Source: Bacteroidota bacterium (GTDB lineage: Bacteria > Bacteroidota > Bacteroidia > Bacteroidales > CAIXZF01). Taken from it: 64,000 bases of DNA. Shown here one piece after another: positions 53,212 to 60,537 of this stretch. The stretch spans positions 8,926-72,925 of the forward strand of contig JAKLIX010000016.1 in NCBI GenBank assembly GCA_022709385.1, written 5' to 3'. The position numbers were made by a program, and so were the translations under genes. Numbering within the stretch: position 1 is the first letter of the stretch; every line of letters begins with the position of its first letter. Under the pieces are notes generated by a model. It was not told where the DNA came from. It did not search any database and saw only the letters and a program-made list of their open reading frames with translations.

Positions 53212-53874
53212 ATGAAAAAATCATTCGTATTGGTACTTGTCCTGGCTATTGCTTCAGGATTGGTCTTCTTCAGCGGCTGTAAAAAAGATGACACCACAGC
53301 TCCTGTCATCACGTTAATCGGTGGAGCCACAGTATACATTGACCTGGGTCAGGCATGGGTGGATCCCGGTTTTACTGCCGAAGATGACGAGGATGGTGAC
53401 ATCACCGCACAGGTTGTGGTCACCGGAACCGTTGACAACAAAGTGGTCAATGAATACATGATCACCTACACGGTGGCTGATGATGCAGGTAATGAAACCA
53501 CCATCGAAAGGAAAGTGTATGTGAGAGCCGAACTCCTCAAAGGAACCTATGATGTGACCGATGTGGTGACCGGTGCCAATGCCGGTACTTACACCTACAC
53601 CGTTACCATCGATCCCAGCTCCGATTACAACAAGCTGTTATTCAAGAACTTCGGCGGATTCGGTGCCACTGTTACCGTAAGTATCACCATCAGTGGTACC
53701 AATGTGACCATTCCTTCACAGTCTCCTCCGGGCATGCCTCCCGGGTTTGAAGGAACCATTACGGGATTTGGTACTTACGATGGCAATACCAAGGAAATCA
53801 AGAACATCACCTATACGGTGAATTACACTGCAGGCGGTACCGACAATGGTGTCGCTGCCTACGACAAGCTTTAA
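53212..53874 (+). CDS. lipoprotein with an Ig-like DUF5011/HYR-type domain
   Basis: Lipobox VFFSGC. APVITLIGGATVYIDLGQAWVDPGFTAEDDEDGDIT...YTVADDAGNETT is typical of DUF5011. Confidence 0.75.
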   Translation: MKKSFVLVLVLAIASGLVFFSGCKKDDTTAPVITLIGGATVYIDLGQAWVDPGFTAEDDEDGDITAQVVVTGTVDNKVVNEYMITYTVADDAGNETTIERKVYVRAELLKGTYDVTDVVTGANAGTYTYTVTIDPSSDYNKLLFKNFGGFGATVTVSITISGTNVTIPSQSPPGMPPGFEGTITGFGTYDGNTKEIKNITYTVNYTAGGTDNGVAAYDKL

Positions 53875-53894
53875 ATTGTCTTTGACTCACTGGA

Positions 53895-53931
53895 AAAAAG
53901 AAGCTGCCGGTTTCCGGCAGCTTCTTTTTTT
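53895..53931 (+). terminator. rho-independent terminator
   Basis: AAAAAGAAGCTGCCGG-TTT-CCGGCAGCTTCTTTTT perfect stem followed by a T-run. Confidence 0.85.
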
Positions 53932-53938
53932 ATTTTTG
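53931..53938 (+). promoter_or_regulatory. -7 promoter box TATTTTTG
   Basis: Exact TAnnTTTG, 20 nt upstream of the GTG start at 53958. Abuts the terminator T-tract. Confidence 0.4.
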
Positions 53939-53957
53939 CAGAACTGAGTTTGTTGCC

Positions 53958-55901
53958 GTGGCCACTGCCAAAAAAAAACATCGCCGCGTCGAACGGCATC
54001 CCCTGGTGATCAGCGGCCTGTTCATCCTGCTGCTGATCCCGTGTTATATTCTGAGCCGCCTCGCGCTCTGGATCGTCAGTCCTGACCTGTTTCCCTGGGA
54101 CGGCTTCGGTTCTTTCCTGCTGATCCTCTTCGGTGGCTGCCGCTTCGACCTCGCGGCCATCCTCATGGTAAACCTCCCCTTCCTGGTCCTGCTGAACCTG
54201 CCCCTGAAGATCAGAAACCAGGCTGCCTGGAGATGGCTCACAGGGATTGTCTTTGTCCTTTCAAATTTCATTGCCATCCTGGTAAATCTGGGCGACAGTG
54301 TCTATTACCGCTTCACCCAGAAAAGAATGACCGGTGATTTCATTAACTACCTCAAAGCCGGCGGCCATGACCTGGTGAACCTCCTGCCGCAATACATCCG
54401 CGATTTCTGGTTTGTCCCTCTCTTTCTCCTGCTCCTGGTGGTTTTCCTGGTGATCATTTTCGTCAGGTTCAGAACTTCACGACTGGAAGGCAAAGGACTT
54501 TTCTTCTATGGGAAACATCTGCTTTCCTTTGTGGTAGTGATGGCATTTGCCGTAATCTGTATCCGGGGAGGCTTCCAGTTGAAACCAATCAGCCTTGTCA
54601 CCGCCGGTCAATATGCCCCGCCTTCCCATGTCCCGCTGGTACTCAATACTCCTTTCACCATGATCAAGACCTGGAATCAGTCCGAGGTGAAGGAGGTCAG
54701 CTATTTCAGCAATGAGAGGAAAATGCTGGGCATCTTCAATCCCGTCAGGCAGCCGGGCATCCGGGAATGGCGCCCCCGTAATATTGTGATCATCATCCTC
54801 GAAAGTTTCTCCGCTGAATTTTCCGCCTTTCTTAACCCGGAGATGGAGTCCACAGCCTACCGTGGCTATATGCCTTTCCTGGATTCACTGATGGCCAAAT
54901 CACTCACTTTCAGGGGATATGCCAACGGGAAGCGCTCCATTGAGGCCATCCCTGCCATCCTGGCAGGCATCCCTTCATGGATGAATAATGACTATATCAC
55001 TTCTTCCTTCGCCGGAAATAAGATCCATACCCTGGCAAACCTCCTGAATGGAAAATCATATCATACCTCCTTCTTTCACGGCGGGAACAACGGAACCATG
55101 AACTTCGACGCCTTTGCCCGCATGGCTTCGTTCGGGGAATACTATGGAAGGAATGAATATGGCAATGATGCCGACTTCGACGGAAAATGGGGTATCTTCG
55201 ACGAGCCTTTCTTCGATTTTTTTGCAGGAAAGCTGAACAGTTTTCCGCAGCCCTTTCTGAGTGTCATCTTCTCCTTATCTTCTCATCATCCCTATCCGAT
55301 TCCGCCGAAATACAAGGGGAAATTTCCCGGGGGCACCCGTCCCATCCATCAGTCGGTAGGTTATACCGACCACGCCCTGCGAATGTTCTTCCAGAAGGCC
55401 TCTGCCATGCCCTGGTATCACCACACCCTTTTTGTGATTACGGCCGATCATACTCCGGAACCGGGACTGCCGCTTTACAAAACCCGGCTTGGAAACTACC
55501 TGGTTCCCATCCTGTTTTTCGATCCGGATACCAGCCTGCAGGCCTTTCCGGCCAGAACTGTCCAGCAGATCGATATCATGCCGAGTGTGCTCGACTACAT
55601 CGGTTTCAAAGAACCCTACATCTGTTTTGGCAGCTCCGTCTTTGATCCGGCTGCACCACGCTTTGCCCTGTCGTATCTGAATAATTCCTATTTCCTTGTG
55701 AAGGACAGGCATGCCATGGTATATTTGCCCGACAGCGTGACGGCCCTTTACGACCTGAAGACAGATCCCATGCAGAAACTCGACCTGGTTGGAAAGGGCG
55801 ACCCTTCAAGAGATAAAATGCTGAATTTTCTGCGTGCAGTGATTCAGCAATATAACCACCGACTGAGAAACAACAGGATGACGATCAGGCAAAATGAATG
55901 A
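53958..55901 (+). CDS. LTA synthase family protein (membrane-anchored sulfatase/phosphoglycerol transferase superfamily)
   Basis: Five N-terminal TM helices and an extracytoplasmic alkaline-phosphatase-fold domain (IIILESFSAEF...FHGGNNGTMNFD...SSHHPY...TADH). Confidence 0.85.
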   Translation: MATAKKKHRRVERHPLVISGLFILLLIPCYILSRLALWIVSPDLFPWDGFGSFLLILFGGCRFDLAAILMVNLPFLVLLNLPLKIRNQAAWRWLTGIVFVLSNFIAILVNLGDSVYYRFTQKRMTGDFINYLKAGGHDLVNLLPQYIRDFWFVPLFLLLLVVFLVIIFVRFRTSRLEGKGLFFYGKHLLSFVVVMAFAVICIRGGFQLKPISLVTAGQYAPPSHVPLVLNTPFTMIKTWNQSEVKEVSYFSNERKMLGIFNPVRQPGIREWRPRNIVIIILESFSAEFSAFLNPEMESTAYRGYMPFLDSLMAKSLTFRGYANGKRSIEAIPAILAGIPSWMNNDYITSSFAGNKIHTLANLLNGKSYHTSFFHGGNNGTMNFDAFARMASFGEYYGRNEYGNDADFDGKWGIFDEPFFDFFAGKLNSFPQPFLSVIFSLSSHHPYPIPPKYKGKFPGGTRPIHQSVGYTDHALRMFFQKASAMPWYHHTLFVITADHTPEPGLPLYKTRLGNYLVPILFFDPDTSLQAFPARTVQQIDIMPSVLDYIGFKEPYICFGSSVFDPAAPRFALSYLNNSYFLVKDRHAMVYLPDSVTALYDLKTDPMQKLDLVGKGDPSRDKMLNFLRAVIQQYNHRLRNNRMTIRQNE

Positions 55902-56784
55902 AAAGGCGCAGGCAACTGAGGTATTGTTTATTTTGAATCCGGTTTCGGGGAAGGGACATCCGGATGAGATCAATGCACTCATCCGAAAGCATGCTGGCCT
56001 TGGTGAGGATGCTTACCGTATCGCCATTACAGACCATCCGGGGCATGCGGTTGCACTTGCGGCAGCCGCTGCAGCCGGGGGAGCGGACCTGGTCGTTGCT
56101 GTCGGCGGAGACGGTTCGGTGAACCAGGTGGCCAGTGCCCTGGTGGATACGAATACCGCGATGGGAATTATCCCTGCCGGTTCAGGAAACGGACTTGCCC
56201 GGCAACTTGGAATTCCCTTGGATCCGGTCCAGGCGCTCAGGGTCATCGGCCGGAGGAAAACCGCTTGCATCGATACCGCAACAGCCAACGGGACTTTCTT
56301 TGTCAGTATGGCCGGCGTGGGATTCGACGCCCTGGTGGCTGAAAAATTCGCCCGGGCAAAAACCAGGGGTTTTTTTACATACCTGAGAATTATCCTCGCC
56401 GAATTCAGAAAATACAAACCCAGGAAGTACGAACTCCTCTTCGATGGCAAACGCATGCGCTACAGGGCTTTTATGATCAGTTTCGCCAACTCCGGACAGT
56501 TTGGCTACAATACTTCCATTGCCCCCGATGCCAGTTTGAGTGATGGAATGCTTGACATATGCGTGGTTGGGAAACCTGCCCTGACCGACATTCCCCGGAT
56601 CGTGTACCTCTTGCTTAGCGGGAAAATCCAGCAACTCGACTATATAGATACATTCAGGGCGGGGGAAATCCTTGTACGCAGGAAAAAAAGTACTGTAGTC
56701 AACATCGACGGTGACCCCGTAATGCTCGATAAGGATTTGATCATTAAGCTAAAACCATTATCACTCAGGGTTGTTATTCCTTAA
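55894..56784 (+). CDS. YegS/BmrU/DgkB family lipid (diacylglycerol) kinase
   Basis: VVAVGGDGSVNQVA and GIIPAGSGNGLAR motifs of DAGK_cat. 8-nt ATGAATGA overlap with the upstream gene. Confidence 0.88.
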   Translation: MNEKAQATEVLFILNPVSGKGHPDEINALIRKHAGLGEDAYRIAITDHPGHAVALAAAAAAGGADLVVAVGGDGSVNQVASALVDTNTAMGIIPAGSGNGLARQLGIPLDPVQALRVIGRRKTACIDTATANGTFFVSMAGVGFDALVAEKFARAKTRGFFTYLRIILAEFRKYKPRKYELLFDGKRMRYRAFMISFANSGQFGYNTSIAPDASLSDGMLDICVVGKPALTDIPRIVYLLLSGKIQQLDYIDTFRAGEILVRRKKSTVVNIDGDPVMLDKDLIIKLKPLSLRVVIP

Positions 56785-56793
56785 AATATTCCA

Positions 56794-57132
56794 ATGGCAG
56801 CGAGAAAATCCGGTGGTATCGTCTATTCAACGAATCCTGATTTCGTTTATAATGATGAGGGTGTTCACGAACCGGATACACCCGAACCTTCCCGCCAGGA
56901 TTTGCGGCTTTGGCTGGAGAAAAACCACCGCGGAGGAAAAACGATGACAGTGATCAGGGGATTTACCGGTAAAATGGCTGACATGGAAGCCCTTGCCAGG
57001 AAATTAAAAACCTCCTGTGGTACGGGTGGCAGTGTGAAGGATGGAGAGATACTGGTACAGGGCGATATGAGGGAAAAGGTTCTTAAACTGCTGTCTGACT
57101 GGGGTTACCGGGTTAAAAAAGCAGGCGGATGA
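56794..57132 (+). CDS. yciH: SUI1/YciH family translation initiation factor
   Basis: RGGKTMTVIRGF...LARKLKTSCGTGGSVKDGEILVQGD pattern of SUI1. Confidence 0.88.
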   Translation: MAARKSGGIVYSTNPDFVYNDEGVHEPDTPEPSRQDLRLWLEKNHRGGKTMTVIRGFTGKMADMEALARKLKTSCGTGGSVKDGEILVQGDMREKVLKLLSDWGYRVKKAGG

Positions 57133-57767
57133 TGGATTTCTCAGATTACCGCCAGGACTATACCCTCGGCTCCCTGCATGAGCAGGACCTGCCGGCGGTA
57201 CCGGCCGAACTCTTCAGGACATGGTTCGAAGCCATCCTGCAGACCGGGAAGGAAGATCCCACGGCCATGGTGCTGGCTACTGCCACGGCAGCCGGAAGGC
57301 CATCCTGCCGGATGGTGCTGTTGAAAGCCTTTGAGGATGATACCTTCGTGTTTTACACCAATTATGAAAGCCGCAAGGCAACGGAGCTCGGTGAAAATCC
57401 TTTTGCTTCCCTTCTCTTTTACTGGCCTGCATTTGAACGGCAGCTGCGGATTGAGGGACAGGTTGCCATGCTGGAAGCCAAAGCATCTGACAGCTACTTT
57501 AGGCAACGCCCGCCGGAAAGCAGGCTTTCTGCCCTTGTTTCGCCCCAGAGCCGGGAAATCCCATCACGGCAGTGGTTGGAAACAAGACTGGAGGCTCTCA
57601 GGCAACAAGCTGATCCCGAAACCGTTGCCCGGCCACCCCACTGGGGCGGATACCGGCTTTTCCCCCATCGGTATGAGTTCTGGCAGGGTAGACCCGACCG
57701 CCTGCACGACCGTATCGTGTATGAACGGAGTGATGCTGGCTGGAACCGCTTCCGGCTCGCTCCCTGA
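57129..57767 (+). CDS. pdxH: pyridoxamine 5'-phosphate oxidase
   Basis: FVFYTNYESRKA, RQLRIEG and the C-terminal HWGGYRL.P...EFWQGR..RLHDR signature. ATGA overlap with yciH. Confidence 0.92.
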   Translation: MMDFSDYRQDYTLGSLHEQDLPAVPAELFRTWFEAILQTGKEDPTAMVLATATAAGRPSCRMVLLKAFEDDTFVFYTNYESRKATELGENPFASLLFYWPAFERQLRIEGQVAMLEAKASDSYFRQRPPESRLSALVSPQSREIPSRQWLETRLEALRQQADPETVARPPHWGGYRLFPHRYEFWQGRPDRLHDRIVYERSDAGWNRFRLAP

Positions 57768-59198
57768 TCAGCTTGTCTTTTGTTTTAACCAGGCAGTGAT
57801 GATCTCCAGCACCCTGGGTGAGATGGTCACTTCAATTTTACCGTATTCTTCTGGCGAACCGGTTTGGGCCGGCTGAAACAGGTGGTTCAGCCCCTGCAAT
57901 TCCACAACCTCATGATCGGCATTATTGGCCTTTTCCAGGGCTTTTTTCAGTGCCTTGATATTATCGTCGGGCGGGACCTGAAGGTCCTTGCTGCCGTAAA
58001 GGGCCAATACCGGGCACTGTATCAGCGACAGGTAAGGAACAGGGTCGAGGGTCAGGAAGGTTCGGAACCAGGGGGAATTCAACTGCCGGATCTGTGCTTC
58101 GATATACGCTGCGTTGCCTGCTTCCGTGTTATCTGAGCTGGTCAGGTTTTCCTGAAGGATTTTCCTGATCTTCATGGCTGCAGCTGCCGTATCAGCGGTT
58201 TTCTTCACGATGGAGAATATTTCGCGATTGGTCTTATCTGCTTCTTTCAATTGTTTGCTGTCCGACCCCATGGCTTCGGCAATGAGCCTGTTCTGCCTGA
58301 GCAGGAGGTCATCTCCGGGCAGGGCAGGCCCTGCCAGCAGGATGACAAAGGCCGTTGCCAGGTTCTGGCCTGCCACAATGGCTGCGATGAGGCCTCCTTC
58401 ACTGTGTCCTGCAAAGCCGATACCTGAAGGGATGATCCTGTTGTCGTTCCGCAGGTAATCAAACGCAGCTCTGGCATCCGTGGCAAAATCCAGGGTGGTG
58501 GCGGTTTCAAACTTCCCTTCCGAAGAACCCGTGCCCCTGTCATCATAGCGCAACACCGCGATCCCGTTCCTGCTCAGTTGATCGGCTATCACAAGGAAGG
58601 GCTTGTGCCACAGCAGCGATTCGTCCCTGTCCTGCGGACCGGATCCGCTTATCAGGATACAGGCCGGAAATGACCCCGTACCCTCGGGAATGCTCAGGGT
58701 ACCGCTCAGCCTGATCCCCCCGAATTGGTTCCTGAAGGTCACTTCTTCCGTTTGGTAGGGGAATGGAGGCTTAGGCTCCTGCGGTCTGCGTAAGCGTAAA
58801 TCTTCCGTGGTCTTGTCAAGGCGGAGTGGAAGAGAAAGCCCCGACTGGCTCCAGCTGCCTGCAATGCTTGTGTCGGAAGCCTGGTAAACGCCCCTGAAAA
58901 TCCCGTTCACAGCCCTGCTTTCAAGAATCACACTGTCCCCCTCCAGCCTGATCCCTTCTACCTCAATGCCTTCCGCTCCCTGGTCCGGACTGTCCATCAA
59001 CACCAGCCATCCCTGCTTGTCATCCTGCATGAATCGGAACACCACCTTCAGCCGGCTTTTCCCGAAACTCAGACTCCCTGCCCAGCTGCCGGACAGCACA
59101 TCCCCGGGTACCTGCGCCCATGCCCCGGGAAGGTTCATCAGGGTCATCATCACGGCAAACAGTGTGATGATTTTATGTTTTTTTAAGGATTTTTTCAT
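57768..59198 (-). CDS. secreted alpha/beta hydrolase (serine hydrolase, S9/dienelactone hydrolase-like) with an N-terminal beta-rich domain
   Basis: Signal peptide from ATG 59198. Nucleophile elbow GFAGHSEGG. C-terminal ...GLNHLFQ histidine region. Confidence 0.8.
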   Translation of the reverse strand: MKKSLKKHKIITLFAVMMTLMNLPGAWAQVPGDVLSGSWAGSLSFGKSRLKVVFRFMQDDKQGWLVLMDSPDQGAEGIEVEGIRLEGDSVILESRAVNGIFRGVYQASDTSIAGSWSQSGLSLPLRLDKTTEDLRLRRPQEPKPPFPYQTEEVTFRNQFGGIRLSGTLSIPEGTGSFPACILISGSGPQDRDESLLWHKPFLVIADQLSRNGIAVLRYDDRGTGSSEGKFETATTLDFATDARAAFDYLRNDNRIIPSGIGFAGHSEGGLIAAIVAGQNLATAFVILLAGPALPGDDLLLRQNRLIAEAMGSDSKQLKEADKTNREIFSIVKKTADTAAAAMKIRKILQENLTSSDNTEAGNAAYIEAQIRQLNSPWFRTFLTLDPVPYLSLIQCPVLALYGSKDLQVPPDDNIKALKKALEKANNADHEVVELQGLNHLFQPAQTGSPEEYGKIEVTISPRVLEIITAWLKQKTS

Positions 59199-59229
59199 TT
59201 TCAGATGAGTTTTAAATGAATAAAAATGA

Positions 59230-59237
59230 TACTTTTG
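59230..59237 (+). promoter_or_regulatory. -7 promoter box TACTTTTG
   Basis: Exact TAnnTTTG, 35 nt upstream of ATG 59272. Confidence 0.4.
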
Positions 59238-59271
59238 CACCGCAATTTAGACTAAATAAAAATAGCTGATT

Positions 59272-59667
59272 ATGAACAAGTACGAAAAGAAGGTTGCTGA
59301 AGATAAGGTTTTTTACCTGTCGAACGGGCAAGTGCTTTCCAGTCTGAAGGACCTCTATACGGGAATTCAACAGATGCCGGATGATGTGTTTTTTCATCAT
59401 GTCTCTTCGGAGAAAAATGACTTTGCCAACTGGGTGAGCGCCGTGATCGGTGATAAAACCCTTGCAGCAAAGGTAGCAAAAGCCGGGACACCTGTCATGC
59501 TGAAGGATGTACTCACCAGCCTGTTTGAGGCTGCTCCCAAAGCCGGCACAACTGCCGTAAAGAAAGCCGCAGCCGTGAAGAAGCCCGCAGCCGTGAAGAA
59601 GGCCGCTGCACCAAAAGCAGCTGCAAGCAAAGCCGCTGCAAGCAAGGCAAAAGGAAAGAAATCCTGA
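59272..59667 (+). CDS. small protein: unknown N-terminal domain + histone H1-like AKKAAA-repeat tail
   Basis: N-terminal about 75 aa (FYLSNGQVLSSLKDLYTGIQQMPDDVFFHHVSSEKNDFANWV). C-terminal AVKKAAAVKKPAAVKKAAAPKAAASKAAASKAKGKKS. Confidence 0.65.
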   Translation: MNKYEKKVAEDKVFYLSNGQVLSSLKDLYTGIQQMPDDVFFHHVSSEKNDFANWVSAVIGDKTLAAKVAKAGTPVMLKDVLTSLFEAAPKAGTTAVKKAAAVKKPAAVKKAAAPKAAASKAAASKAKGKKS

Positions 59668-60537
59668 TCAGGGCTGAAAGACACATGAGGCAAAACGGGT
59701 GGAGTAGGCTGCAAAAAAGCCGATTCCCCCGTTTTTTATATTCCCCCTGATGTTTGCCGGAGGGCCTGAGATCAGGGGATTCTTGTAGCCTGTTTCGATC
59801 TGGACAGCCCAGATAAATTCGAGGTATTCCCTTGTGATACCGGCGATGCGGGCAGTAATCACATCCCCGGGATTTACAATTTCCCTGGGGTATTCCTTTT
59901 GTAAAAACCCGATCACCACTCCATTGGTGTAACTGCCGTTGAACAGGACATCGTCTGTGGCGATCACCTTGTCAATGGTATCGGTCATCAGGATTCCGTT
60001 TTTATAGATGTGGAACATATAATAGTTGACTGTCGGCGGATCCAGCGCATAGCACTGTACGATCCAGGCTTCCCAGGCAGGCTGGTAAACGACCTTGATG
60101 GAATCCAGCGCTTCGACCTGCGGCAGCATGCATTCAGCTTCGTAACGGCTTTGCCCGTTGATGGCTTCGGCCAGATCGATGCGCAGCCTGTAGTTTCTGC
60201 CAGCGATGCCAAACACCCCTGCTGTGGTTTTGTACAAGCCCGCTTCGAGGCTGTCTTCTGTCAGTACGAACACCTGTTCCCCATCACTGATACTTACCTG
60301 TGCACCGCTTACAGCCGGAGGCTTACCGCTGTAGTAAAAGTCGGTGCTTTTCGTCAGGCGGACGCAGTGGGCTGTGGTATCTGTGGTGATGGCGCCGTCG
60401 ACCACCAGCCTGGTAAAGGTGCTGTCCAGTTCCAGCTCTATCCTTTCCGTACAGGCTGTCATGCTCAGCATAAAAACGGCCGCAAGGAAATTCGATGCCA
60501 TGCGTCTTGTGATATGGATATAAAGCTTTGCTTTCAT
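59668..60537 (-). CDS. DUF4249 domain-containing lipoprotein
   Basis: Lipobox LSMTAC. VVDGAITTD...HCVRLTKS N-terminal block typical of DUF4249. Sits directly downstream of a TonB-dependent receptor, as is usual for this family. Confidence 0.8.
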   Translation of the reverse strand: MKAKLYIHITRRMASNFLAAVFMLSMTACTERIELELDSTFTRLVVDGAITTDTTAHCVRLTKSTDFYYSGKPPAVSGAQVSISDGEQVFVLTEDSLEAGLYKTTAGVFGIAGRNYRLRIDLAEAINGQSRYEAECMLPQVEALDSIKVVYQPAWEAWIVQCYALDPPTVNYYMFHIYKNGILMTDTIDKVIATDDVLFNGSYTNGVVIGFLQKEYPREIVNPGDVITARIAGITREYLEFIWAVQIETGYKNPLISGPPANIRGNIKNGGIGFFAAYSTRFASCVFQP

